From Bryobacteraceae bacterium (GTDB taxonomy: Bacteria > Acidobacteriota > Terriglobia > Bryobacterales > Bryobacteraceae), in the NCBI GenBank assembly GCA_041946685.1, contig JBHGAV010000010.1, forward strand, positions 23,370-87,369: 64,000 nucleotides of DNA, read 5' to 3'. Both the position numbers and the translations under genes were made by a program. The notes below the pieces were generated by a model. The model had not been told where the DNA came from. It saw only the letters and a list, made by a program, of their open reading frames with translations, and did no database searches. Below, piece by piece: positions 36,076 through 45,159 of the stretch. Position 1 is the first letter of the stretch. The number at the start of each line of letters is the position of its first letter.

Positions 36076-36532
36076 CCTGGTGAACATACAGACACAGTTC
36101 GAACCGAAGATCGTGGCTTTCTTCTGTAATTGGTGCACCTACCTGGCGGCCGACCTGGCGGGAACGTCGCGCCTGAAGTACGCTCCCAACACGCGTGTGA
36201 TCCGCGTGATGTGCTCGGGCCGGGTGGACCCGCAGTTCGTCCTGGAAGCGTTCGCCAAGGGCGCCGACGGCGTGCTGATCGGCGGATGTCATCCCGGCGA
36301 CTGCCACTACCAGGAGGGCAACTACAAAGCGCTGCGCCGCTTCCACCTTCTCAAGCGGATGGTCAGGGAAATGGGGATCGAGGAGGACCGTCTGCGGCTG
36401 GAGTGGATCTCGGCCGCAGAAGGGGATCGCGTGAAAGTGGTGATCAACGACATGGTGGAGAAGGTCCGCGCTTTGGGTCCGCTCAAGATCAAGCAGCCGG
36501 ATGAAGCCGTGGCGGAGGAGGTGACCGCATGA
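36068..36532 (+). CDS. mvhD: MvhD, cluster 2
   Basis: IVAFFCNWCTYLAAD...VMCSGRVDP...GADGVLIGGCHPGDCHY. Overlaps hdrA by 8 nt. Confidence 0.9.
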   Translation: MPDLVNIQTQFEPKIVAFFCNWCTYLAADLAGTSRLKYAPNTRVIRVMCSGRVDPQFVLEAFAKGADGVLIGGCHPGDCHYQEGNYKALRRFHLLKRMVREMGIEEDRLRLEWISAAEGDRVKVVINDMVEKVRALGPLKIKQPDEAVAEEVTA

Positions 36533-37500
36533 GCGCCAAGCCGAAGGTCGCCTTCTATTGGTGCGCATCCTGCGGCGGCTGCGAGGAAGCCGTCGTGGAC
36601 CTGGCCGAGGGGATACTCGACGTCGCAGCGGCGATCGAGATCGTGATGTGGCCCGTGGCCATGGACTTCAAGCGCAAGGACATCGAGGCCATGGAGGACG
36701 GCAGCATCGTGGCCACGTTCCTCAACGGGGCGATCCGCTCGACCGAGCAGGAAGAGATGGCGCGCTTGCTGCGGCGCAAGTCGCAGTTCATGATCGCCTT
36801 CGGGGCCTGCGCGCAGCTCGGAGGCATCCCCGGCCTGGCGAATCTGTGGGACCGCAAGAGTATCTTTCAGAGGGTCTATTCGGAAGTCGGCAGCATTGTC
36901 AATCCCGAGGGGGTTGTCCCCCAGGTGAACCACGCGGACAACGGCCGCAAGCTCCACCTTCCGGCCTTCTATGACACCGTTAAGACCCTGGAGCAGGTGG
37001 TGGACGTGGACTACCTGGTCCCCGGCTGCCCGCCCACGCCCGACCTGCTGAAGCAGGCGGTGGACACCCTCCTCAGCGGCGAGCTCCCGCCCAAGGGCAC
37101 GGTGCTGGCTCCGGACCGGGCGCTGTGCGACGAGTGCCCGCGGAAGGAGACCAAGCCCGACAAGCTCTCCATTGCGGGATTCAAGCGGCCGCATCAGGTG
37201 TTGATCGACCAGGAGAAGTGCCTGCTGGCTCAGGGGCTGATGTGCATGGGCCCGGCTACCCGGGGAGGCTGCGGCACGCGCTGCATCCAGGGCAACATGC
37301 CCTGCACCGGCTGCTTCGGCCCGACGAGCCGGGTCAGGGATTTCGGCGCAAAGGCCATGTCCGGGTTGGCTTCCCTGCTGGAAGCCAAGGACGACGAGGG
37401 CATCATCGAAGCTTTGGGCTCGGTCCCGGACCCGGTCGGCAGCTTCTATCGGTACAGCCTTCCGGCGTCCCTGCTGGTGAGAAAGAAGGTGGAGGCCTAA
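36529..37500 (+). CDS. mvhG: [NiFe]-hydrogenase small subunit (MvhG-like), cluster 2
   Basis: ATGA overlap with mvhD. KVAFYWCASCGGCEEAVVDL and the distal Cys motifs CDECPRKE and CMGPATRGGCGTRCIQGNMPCTGCFG are present. No Tat signal. Confidence 0.9.
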   Translation: MSAKPKVAFYWCASCGGCEEAVVDLAEGILDVAAAIEIVMWPVAMDFKRKDIEAMEDGSIVATFLNGAIRSTEQEEMARLLRRKSQFMIAFGACAQLGGIPGLANLWDRKSIFQRVYSEVGSIVNPEGVVPQVNHADNGRKLHLPAFYDTVKTLEQVVDVDYLVPGCPPTPDLLKQAVDTLLSGELPPKGTVLAPDRALCDECPRKETKPDKLSIAGFKRPHQVLIDQEKCLLAQGLMCMGPATRGGCGTRCIQGNMPCTGCFGPTSRVRDFGAKAMSGLASLLEAKDDEGIIEALGSVPDPVGSFYRYSLPASLLVRKKVEA

Positions 37501-37504
37501 TTCC

Positions 37505-39010
37505 ATGTCCACGACGACCGCAATGGAGCACCGGATCACCATCGACCCCATCACGCGGCTGGAGGGGCATGGCAAGATCGACATCTTCCTCAACGACTCG
37601 GGCAGCGTGGAGCGAGCCTATTTCCAGGTGCCCGAACTGCGCGGCTTCGAGAAATTCGCCGAGGGCCGCCCGGTGGAGGACCTTCCGCAGATCACCTCCC
37701 GCATCTGTGGGGTGTGCCCTACCGCCCACCATATGGCGGCCACCAAGGCGCTGGACGCCGTCTATCAAGTGGAGCCGACCCCGGCGGGGCGGAAGATCCG
37801 CGAGTTGGTCTATTCCACCTTCATGGTCGAAGACCATGCGCTGCACTTCTATGTCCTCGGCGGGCCGGACTTCGTCGTCGGCCCTACGGCCCCTGCCGCC
37901 GAGCGCAATATCCTCGGCGTGATCGGCAAGGTCGGCGTCGAGACCGGCAAGAAGGTGATCGAGATGCGCCGGAAACTGCGCAGCCTCGTATCGCTCGCGG
38001 CCGGCAAAGCAGGACATCCTGTGTTCGGCCTGCCCGGCGGCGTGGCCCGGCGAATCAGCGAGGAGGAGCGGAGCCAGTTCCGGCAGGTGGCGGCGGAAGC
38101 CGTCGAGTTCGCGCAGTTCACGCTGGGCCTGTTCGACTCCATCGTCCTCAAGAACTCAGGCTACGTGGACTTGATCCTGTCGGACCCCTATACCCATCAC
38201 ACCTACTACATGGGCATGGTGGACAAGAACAACAAGGTCAACTTCTACGACGGCCAGCTTCGCGTGGTGTCACCCGAAGGCAAGGAAGCGGCCAAGTTCG
38301 ATTCGACGAAGTACTTCGACTACGTAAGCGAGCGGGTCGAACCCTGGAGTTACATGAAGTTCTGCTACCTCAAGCAGCCGGGCTGGACGGGCTTCAACGA
38401 CGGCCCGTCGAGCGGCGTTTACGGCGTCGCGCCGGCGGCACGCCTGAACGCTGCCGACGGCATGGCCACGCCGAAGGCGCAAGCCGCCTACGAGCAGTAT
38501 TTCAGCGTGCTCGGCGGCAAGCCGGTGCACCATACGCTGGCCAATCACTGGGCCCGGCTGGTGGAGATGCTCTACTCCGCCGAGCGGATGAAGCAACTGG
38601 CGGACGATCCGGAGGTGTCCAGTCCCGACATCCGAAAACTGCCGACAGCCGTGCCGAAAGAAGGCATCGGCGTGGTCGAGGCACCCCGGGGAACGCTGGT
38701 GCATCACTATGTGACCGACGAGCGCGGGCTGGTGAAGAAGGCCAACCTGATCGTCGCGACGCAGAACAACGCCGCACGCATGTCGATGAGCGTGGAGAAG
38801 GCCGCCCGTGGGCACGTGACGCGCGAGACGCTTTCCGACGGCGTCCTGAACATGGTGGAGATGGCCTTCCGGGCCTATGATCCATGCCTTGGATGCGCGA
38901 CCCACGCGCTGCCCGGAGACATGCCTCTTATGGCGCGCGTCCGCAGTCGGGATGGAGAAGTGCTCTACTCCGTCCGGCGCGACCGGGGCGGTCTGGTCCG
39001 CCGGTCGTAA
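37505..39010 (+). CDS. mvhA: [NiFe]-hydrogenase large subunit (MvhA-like), cluster 2
   Basis: RLEGHGKI, RICGVCP and DPCLGCATH are present, followed by a C-terminal extension. 501 aa. Confidence 0.9.
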   Translation: MSTTTAMEHRITIDPITRLEGHGKIDIFLNDSGSVERAYFQVPELRGFEKFAEGRPVEDLPQITSRICGVCPTAHHMAATKALDAVYQVEPTPAGRKIRELVYSTFMVEDHALHFYVLGGPDFVVGPTAPAAERNILGVIGKVGVETGKKVIEMRRKLRSLVSLAAGKAGHPVFGLPGGVARRISEEERSQFRQVAAEAVEFAQFTLGLFDSIVLKNSGYVDLILSDPYTHHTYYMGMVDKNNKVNFYDGQLRVVSPEGKEAAKFDSTKYFDYVSERVEPWSYMKFCYLKQPGWTGFNDGPSSGVYGVAPAARLNAADGMATPKAQAAYEQYFSVLGGKPVHHTLANHWARLVEMLYSAERMKQLADDPEVSSPDIRKLPTAVPKEGIGVVEAPRGTLVHHYVTDERGLVKKANLIVATQNNAARMSMSVEKAARGHVTRETLSDGVLNMVEMAFRAYDPCLGCATHALPGDMPLMARVRSRDGEVLYSVRRDRGGLVRRS

Positions 39011-39018
39011 CGCGGCCC

Positions 39019-40146
39019 TCAGGGCAGGGCCGCGATCATCCGGTCAATATCCTCGGGGCTGATGTAGAAATGGGGCGAAGCCCGCACCCAGCCCTGCCGT
39101 GGGGCGGCGATGATTCCCTGTTCCTTCAAACGACTGACGACCAGCCGGCTGTCCAAGCCCTCTTTTCGGAAGCTGACGATGCCGGCGCCGCTGGCTGGGG
39201 TCCGGGCGATCATGAGCTCGTAACCCTTGGAGACCACGCCTTCGCCGATCTGGTCGCCGAGGGCCTGGACCGCCGGGGCGATGCGCTCCACCCCGATTTC
39301 AAGCAGGAAGTCGATCGCGGCCCGAAGGCCGTAACAGCCGATCGTATTGAGGGTTCCGCACTCGTAGCGGCCGGCGTCGGGACGCAAGGCCATGTCCCGG
39401 CTGGCGTAATCATTGTATCCGGCCACGTTCGTCCAGCCGAACTCCACGGGCTCAACGTGATCCTGCAAGTCTTTATGAATGTAAAGAATTCCGCATCCTT
39501 CCGGCCCCAGGAGCCATTTGTGTCCGTCAGCGGCAAGAAAGTGAATCCCCGCCTTGCGAACGTCCACCGGGAATGCTCCCAGGCCCTGGATTGCGTCCAC
39601 CATGAACAGGCATCCGTGCCGGCGGCAGATCCCACCGATGGACTCCAGGTCGGCGCGGTAGCCGCTGAGATACTGCACAAAGCTGATGGACAGGAGGCGC
39701 GCCCCGCGGCAGGCTTCGTCTATCCGGTCGAGCCCGTCGTAGATCGAGAGCCATAGGACGTTCACGCCGCGCGCCTCCAACCGCTTCCAGGGAAAGTAGT
39801 TAGCGGGAAACTCCTCCCGGAAGGCGATTACCTTGTCCCCCGGACGCCAGCCCAGGCCAGTGGCCACGGTCGCGATCCCCTCGGAGGTGTTCTTCACCAG
39901 CGCGATCTCTCCGGCCTGAGCGCCGATCAGTTTTGCCGCCGATTTGCGAAGAGCATCGTAAGTGGCAAGCCACGCATCGTAGTGGTAGGAGCCAAACTGG
40001 CATGCGTCATCGGCCAGGTCCCGCATGGCATCGGCGGCGGGCCTGGACAGCGGCGCGACCCCCGCGTGGTGGAGGTAGAGCAGGCGCCGTGTGACCGGGA
40101 AGGAATCGCGGTACTGGAGCCACAGAGGCTGTTCGTCGTAACCCAT
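39019..40146 (-). CDS. Class-V aminotransferase-fold PLP enzyme (cysteine desulfurase / selenocysteine lyase-like)
   Basis: The PLP-lysine context is FLAADGHKWLLGPEGCG, with class-V fold blocks throughout. The start is ATG 40146 or upstream at 40200. Convergent with mvhA, with only 8 nt between the stop codons. Confidence 0.7.
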   Translation of the reverse strand: MGYDEQPLWLQYRDSFPVTRRLLYLHHAGVAPLSRPAADAMRDLADDACQFGSYHYDAWLATYDALRKSAAKLIGAQAGEIALVKNTSEGIATVATGLGWRPGDKVIAFREEFPANYFPWKRLEARGVNVLWLSIYDGLDRIDEACRGARLLSISFVQYLSGYRADLESIGGICRRHGCLFMVDAIQGLGAFPVDVRKAGIHFLAADGHKWLLGPEGCGILYIHKDLQDHVEPVEFGWTNVAGYNDYASRDMALRPDAGRYECGTLNTIGCYGLRAAIDFLLEIGVERIAPAVQALGDQIGEGVVSKGYELMIARTPASGAGIVSFRKEGLDSRLVVSRLKEQGIIAAPRQGWVRASPHFYISPEDIDRMIAALP

Positions 40147-40234
40147 GCTTTCGACTATACGTTTAACGGAGTAGTGGCCGCCACAGAGGAGGCGGTACAA
40201 TGCCTATAGCACTCCGGGGAAGGAGGGACCTGCC

Positions 40235-41302
40235 ATGACCTGCCGGTGGAAAGTCTTAATCACTCCGCTGTTGGCGTTGGCCTTTTTGCTTGCGGCCGCC
40301 GGACCGCGGATGGCAGCCCAGGAGACCGCGACGGACAAGAAGGAGACGTCCAGCAAGAAGCGGACATCCAAGGATAAGAGCAAGAACCCAGACGAGATCG
40401 GCAACCGGGATGTCGACGGGCGGGTCAACCTGTACTCGCTCGAGAAGGAGATTCAGCTCGGCAAGCAACTCGCCCAGGAAGTCGAGCAGGGTGTCAAGAT
40501 CGTGGACGACCCCGTGGTCGCCGAGTACGTCAACCGGGTGGGTCAGAACCTGGTTCGCAACTCCGACGCGAAGGTGCCGTTTACGATCAAGGTGGTCGAC
40601 AGCGACGAGGTGAATGCTTTCGCGCTCCCGGGAGGCTATTTCTTCGTCAATTCGGGATTGATACTTCGAGCGGAAAGCGAAGCGGAGCTGGCCGGGGTGA
40701 TGGCGCACGAGATCGCTCACGTTGCCGCCCGCCACGGCACACGGCAGGCCTCCCGGGGCGAGATCGCGAACTGGCTGAGCTTGCCCCTCATCTTCATGGG
40801 GGGATGGACGGGATACGCAATCCGCCAGGGTGCCGGGCTGGCGATTCCGCTCACATTCCTGACGTTTTCCAGAGGCTTCGAGGAGGAAGCCGACCGGCTG
40901 GGCTTGCAGTACATGTACGCCACGGGCTATGACCCGACTGCGTTCGTCGACTTCTTCGAGAAGATTCAGGCCCTGGAGAAGAAGAAACCCGGGACCATCG
41001 CCAAGGTGTTCGGCACGCACCCGATGACCGAGGACCGGATCAAGCAATCCCAGAAGAACATCCAGGAGATGTTGAAGGCCAAGCCCGAGTACGTGGTGAG
41101 CACCTCCGAGTTCAACGACGTCAAGAACCGGTTGCTGGCTCTGAACACGTACCGAAGGCCGGACCCCAAGGATGCCAACCGCCCCACTCTGCGCAAGGCG
41201 CCGGGCGGGAGCACGGCCCCGGTAGAAGGCGACGGCAAGAGCGGCAAGGACTCCAAGTCTGGTTCAGATGACGACGAGCGGCCGACCTTGAAGCGGCGCT
41301 GA
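40235..41302 (+). CDS. Secreted M48-family Zn metalloprotease
   Basis: AGGAGGG SD sequence, signal peptide LITPLLALAFLLAAAGP, and HEIAHVAARH (HExxH) with the surrounding M48 context AFALPGGYFFVNSGL. Confidence 0.8.
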   Translation: MTCRWKVLITPLLALAFLLAAAGPRMAAQETATDKKETSSKKRTSKDKSKNPDEIGNRDVDGRVNLYSLEKEIQLGKQLAQEVEQGVKIVDDPVVAEYVNRVGQNLVRNSDAKVPFTIKVVDSDEVNAFALPGGYFFVNSGLILRAESEAELAGVMAHEIAHVAARHGTRQASRGEIANWLSLPLIFMGGWTGYAIRQGAGLAIPLTFLTFSRGFEEEADRLGLQYMYATGYDPTAFVDFFEKIQALEKKKPGTIAKVFGTHPMTEDRIKQSQKNIQEMLKAKPEYVVSTSEFNDVKNRLLALNTYRRPDPKDANRPTLRKAPGGSTAPVEGDGKSGKDSKSGSDDDERPTLKRR

Positions 41303-41313
41303 CGCGCCCGGCT

Positions 41314-42243
41314 CTACCTGATAAAGCCCATTTGGCGCAACGAGCCGGCAACCGGCTGAGCGTCGAAATCCGTGAACACCGCGCGCTGGTGCCCGTTCTC
41401 CAGCGCCACGCCGTACGGCACTCCCACAAAAGAGAAGGTCCTGCTCAGCACCGCGGCGTCAGAACTGAGCAACGCGGGAAGGCCGGTCGAAGACACAAAC
41501 TCCTGCGCAAACTCCGGCATCTGGGTCGAAACGGCAATCACCTTCGTTCCCCCCCAATTCAGCTTGGCCAGTTCCCGGGCGGCGTGGTCGCAGTGAGGGC
41601 ACTCCGGGTTGAAGAAGAACAGGAACACGCGGCCCTGATGCAACGGAAACGGCTTGCCGGCGACCTGTATGGTCTCCGGCGCTGTCACCCAGGCCCGCCG
41701 GGCTGCGACGACTCCGTAGGAGACGCCCGCGAAGACGCCAACGGCCCCGAGCACGATCAGGGCGTTGCGGACGCCGTGAGAGGGCTTGGCCCACCATCCG
41801 GCGGCGGCCGCCAGCAACAGCATGATGGCGTCGCCGATGAAGAACGCCGGGCCGACCGCGCGCCTGAGCCAAGGGAAGCAGTTGCACTCCTCGCCCCTGA
41901 GAACGTTGTAGTAGAGCCCGATGTAGACTATGAAAGCCACCAGGAGCAGACCGCTGAGCCACGCTCCCCAACGCCGGAAACGGGGAACCAGCAGCAACAC
42001 CCCGGCGAAAGTCTCCGCGATGCCAAACGCCAGCGCCGCGGGCAGGCTAAGCGCCTGGGGAACCTGCGCCTGGGTCATTCGCACGGCGGCCGCGAGTGGA
42101 TCCGTCACTTTCCAGACACCGGCGACGATGAAGGTCAGCGCCAGCAAAACAGCCGAAACCACGGAGAGAGAAGTCTTCCAGCGTGCCGGTTCTAAAGGTC
42201 CGGCATCACTAGCCGCCTGTGTCATACTCTCAATTCTATCCAT
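41314..42243 (-). CDS. MauE/DoxX-type membrane protein fused to thioredoxin-fold domain (CPHC)
   Basis: Four to five TM helices with the MauE-like CNCF motif (EECNCFPWL) are followed by a C-terminal thioredoxin-like FFFNPECPHCDHAAREL. Confidence 0.65.
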   Translation of the reverse strand: MDRIESMTQAASDAGPLEPARWKTSLSVVSAVLLALTFIVAGVWKVTDPLAAAVRMTQAQVPQALSLPAALAFGIAETFAGVLLLVPRFRRWGAWLSGLLLVAFIVYIGLYYNVLRGEECNCFPWLRRAVGPAFFIGDAIMLLLAAAAGWWAKPSHGVRNALIVLGAVGVFAGVSYGVVAARRAWVTAPETIQVAGKPFPLHQGRVFLFFFNPECPHCDHAARELAKLNWGGTKVIAVSTQMPEFAQEFVSSTGLPALLSSDAAVLSRTFSFVGVPYGVALENGHQRAVFTDFDAQPVAGSLRQMGFIR

Positions 42244-42255
42244 ACAGGAAGCAGT

Positions 42256-43527
42256 CTATGCACCGAGAAACGCCCGGGCGGCGCTGACGGTCCTCTCGAT
42301 ATCTTCGTCGGTGTGCGCCGCCGAGACGAAGGCCGCCTCAAACTGGGATGGCGCCAGGTAGATGCCACGCTCCAGCATGGAGTGGAAGTACTCGGCAAAC
42401 CGCCTGGTGTCCGAGCGCTTGGCCGATTCGTAGTTCGTCACCGGCCCTTCGCAGAAGAAGAGCGTGAACATGGACCCGACACGGTTGGCGGTGAGCCCTG
42501 GAGGAATGTCGGCCACCAGCCGCGCCGCGCGCCGCTCGAGCTGCCCGTAGATCGCCGGGTGCGCCTTGAGGTGACGCAGCATCGCCAGGCCCGCGGCGAC
42601 CGCCAGGGGATTCCCCGACAGCGTGCCCGCCTGGTAGACGGGGCCGGATGGGGCGATGCGGGACATCACGTCCGCCCGGCCCCCATAAGCGCCGATGGGC
42701 AGCCCTCCGCCGATGACCTTGCCGAGAGTGGTCAGGTCGGGACGAATCCCATAGAGTTGCTGGGCCCCGCCGGGGGCGACCCGGAAGCCCGTCATGACCT
42801 CGTCGAAAATCAGCAGCGCGCCGTGCCGCTCCGTGATCGTGCGCAAAGCCTCCAAAAATCCCTCCGCCGGCGGCACACATCCCATGTTGCCCACAACCGG
42901 TTCTACGATGACCGAAGCGATCCGACCGCCGTGCGCCTGGAAAGCCCGCTGGACGGCCTCGACCGAGTTGAACGGGAGCGCGATGGTCGTGTCGGCGAAG
43001 CTCGCCGGCACGCCGGCCGTGTCCGGAAGACCGAGGGTCGCCACGCCCGATCCGGCCTTCACCAGGAGCGAATCCACGTGCCCGTGGTAGCAGCCCTCGA
43101 ACTTGACCGTGAGGTCGCGGCCCGTGAAGCCCCTCGCAAGGCGGATGGCGCTCATCGTGGCTTCGGTGCCGGAGTTGACCAGCCGCACCAGTTCCATAGA
43201 CGGCACGAATTCGCGGATGGTCTCGGCCAGCTCGATTTCGCGCTCGGTGGGAGCGCCGAAACTGGTTCCTTCGGCGGCCGCCTCCTCCACCGCCCTCAGG
43301 ATCTCAGGGTGCGCGTGGCCAAGCAGGAGTGGGCCCCAGGAACCGACGTAATCGATGTACTCGTTACCATCGGCATCCCAGATATGCGAGCCACGGCCGC
43401 GGGTGATAAACAGGGGTGAACCTCCCACTCCGCGGAATGCGCGGACGGGCGAGTTCACGCCGCCGGGGATCGACTGCTTCGCCCTGGCAAACAGCTCCTC
43501 CGATTTCTTGTGAATCATGCGGATCAC
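42256..43527 (-). CDS. hemL: Glutamate-1-semialdehyde 2,1-aminomutase
   Basis: [33 protein letters not shown] and FDEVMTGFR are present. The start is GTG 43527 or ATG 43518. Confidence 0.95.
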   Translation of the reverse strand: MIRMIHKKSEELFARAKQSIPGGVNSPVRAFRGVGGSPLFITRGRGSHIWDADGNEYIDYVGSWGPLLLGHAHPEILRAVEEAAAEGTSFGAPTEREIELAETIREFVPSMELVRLVNSGTEATMSAIRLARGFTGRDLTVKFEGCYHGHVDSLLVKAGSGVATLGLPDTAGVPASFADTTIALPFNSVEAVQRAFQAHGGRIASVIVEPVVGNMGCVPPAEGFLEALRTITERHGALLIFDEVMTGFRVAPGGAQQLYGIRPDLTTLGKVIGGGLPIGAYGGRADVMSRIAPSGPVYQAGTLSGNPLAVAAGLAMLRHLKAHPAIYGQLERRAARLVADIPPGLTANRVGSMFTLFFCEGPVTNYESAKRSDTRRFAEYFHSMLERGIYLAPSQFEAAFVSAAHTDEDIERTVSAARAFLGA

Positions 43528-43533
43528 CGGTGA

Positions 43534-44709
43534 TCAGGTCTCGCCGGGCACCAGGCGGCTCAGCAGAAAACTCACGGCCGTCTCGAGCATCGTCCCGTGC
43601 AGATTGCGGAGGAGGCGGTCCTTGAGGCCGATGTAGCCTTGAGTCCCGGCAAACAGGTCCTGCATCAGGTCGTGGAATCTCGGGCTGCGGCGCATGAACT
43701 GGATCATGCGCTGCGGAACGCTGGCCCAGAGGAGGCTACCCCTGAACAGGCGCCGGGCGAGCGCGGCGCCAAACTCCAGGTTCGCCGCAAAGTCCCGCTC
43801 AAGGAGAGCACGGTAGGCGTGCGGCTTCTGATCCATGGCGTGGGCGTCGGAGAGCACCACTTGGCTGGCGAGGTCCCCGGAGCGCATGGCGTAGTAAAGT
43901 CCCTCTCCCGTGATGGGATCGACCAGACCGCCGGCGTCGCCCACGGCCAGCCAGCCCTCACCGGCCACCCTGTTCTTGCGCCAGGCAGGCGATGCCAGGG
44001 AGGGGAGAAGGTGGCTGTAGAACGACCCATTCTTGCCGGAGATCCCCTTCTCTTCCATGTAAGCCTCGAGCCTGGCCCGCAGGCGCCGCGCCGGCTCCCC
44101 TTTCCCGCAGATCCCGACCGAGAGATGGCCGCAGCGCGGGAAGACCCAGATGTAGCCTTCAAGCTGCGGGAGGAACTGAATATCGATGTGCTCTTGCTCC
44201 TCCGGCACATAGTAGCCCATCGCCAGCATGGTGTCCGCGGAAGTCAGCTCCGTCCCCACACCGGGAAGGGGGTTGCGCGCCCCCGTCGCCACGATGCAGA
44301 AGTCGGCCGAAAGCGAGCCGTGCCTGGTTGTGAGCCGCCACCCACCGCCGTTACGGTCCAGGCCGACGACGCGGGCCTGCTCGATCTCGGCCCCGGCCTC
44401 TTCCGCGCGCGCGAGCAACATGCGGTTCAGCTCGTAGCGCGAATAGATCACCATGGGCTGGCGCAGATCCATTTTGGCCGCGCCCGCGCCGGGAGCGGCC
44501 AACTGAGTCATAGTGACAAGCTTCTTCGGGCGGTCGTTCTCGATTAGAAAAGGGTATTTTTCGTAAGCCTTGTACGTCAGCCCGCCGCCACAGGGCTTCT
44601 CCCAGGCGAGCTTCTCGTCGAACAGCACCGTCTTCAAGCCGGCCGACGCCAGCCGCTCCGCGGCGAAAGCGCCCGCCGGACCCCCGCCCAGGATGGCGAC
44701 ACGCTTCAT
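43534..44709 (-). CDS. Geranylgeranyl reductase family FAD-dependent oxidoreductase
   Basis: MKRVAILGGGPAGAFAA...KPCGGGL is the hallmark GGR N-terminus. 391 aa. ATGA overlap with the upstream lipoprotein gene. Confidence 0.75.
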   Translation of the reverse strand: MKRVAILGGGPAGAFAAERLASAGLKTVLFDEKLAWEKPCGGGLTYKAYEKYPFLIENDRPKKLVTMTQLAAPGAGAAKMDLRQPMVIYSRYELNRMLLARAEEAGAEIEQARVVGLDRNGGGWRLTTRHGSLSADFCIVATGARNPLPGVGTELTSADTMLAMGYYVPEEQEHIDIQFLPQLEGYIWVFPRCGHLSVGICGKGEPARRLRARLEAYMEEKGISGKNGSFYSHLLPSLASPAWRKNRVAGEGWLAVGDAGGLVDPITGEGLYYAMRSGDLASQVVLSDAHAMDQKPHAYRALLERDFAANLEFGAALARRLFRGSLLWASVPQRMIQFMRRSPRFHDLMQDLFAGTQGYIGLKDRLLRNLHGTMLETAVSFLLSRLVPGET

Positions 44710-45107
44710 TTCTTGGTCTCGGGGGCTGGGGCGCCGCCGACCGGCGGGTGGCCGGAAGGCATACCCTCCCGCATCTCGCCCGCGGCGCCGTGGGCTGTGG
44801 AACCGCCATCCGCCCGGCCCTTCACCGTCCAGCGGTTCCCTTGCCGCTCGAGCGTATAGTTCATGGTCATACCGGGGCCGCTCTGGTCGCCCTTGGCCCG
44901 GAAGGAAACGGCCGCATCCGCCTCGTTCTCGCGGAAGGCGACCGAGACCACGTCAATCTGCATGGAGTTCAGGTTCAGATTGCCACGCTGGGAGAGGTGG
45001 TCGAGGACGGCCTGGCGCACGGCCTCCTTGCTTTCCAGTCCCCGATTGCAGCCCCCTAGAGCCAGCGCAAGCGAGAGTGAGACAACAGCCAGCACGGCGG
45101 TTTTCAC
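44706..45107 (-). CDS. Small lipoprotein, unknown function
   Basis: GTG start. The signal plus lipobox-like sequence is KTAVLAVVSLSLALALGGC. A compact alpha+beta-looking domain is followed by a Gly/Pro-rich tail. Confidence 0.55.
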   Translation of the reverse strand: MKTAVLAVVSLSLALALGGCNRGLESKEAVRQAVLDHLSQRGNLNLNSMQIDVVSVAFRENEADAAVSFRAKGDQSGPGMTMNYTLERQGNRWTVKGRADGGSTAHGAAGEMREGMPSGHPPVGGAPAPETKK

Positions 45108-45159
45108 AGAACGATTATACCCGGAAAGGCAAGCGAAACCTGCCCGGGAGGCCTTCCCA

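Noticed and set aside
24009-39010. Selenocysteine-containing Hdr/Mvh subunits (as in the Vhu/HdrA of some methanogens).
   Set aside because: All reading frames are uninterrupted, with Cys at the relevant motif positions. There is no in-frame TGA to recode.
39019-40146. The class-V aminotransferase as a dedicated FeS or selenium donor for the adjacent hydrogenases.
   Set aside because: It is convergently transcribed rather than in the operon. I could not identify a SufS/NifS-type catalytic Cys loop by eye. Adjacency alone is insufficient.
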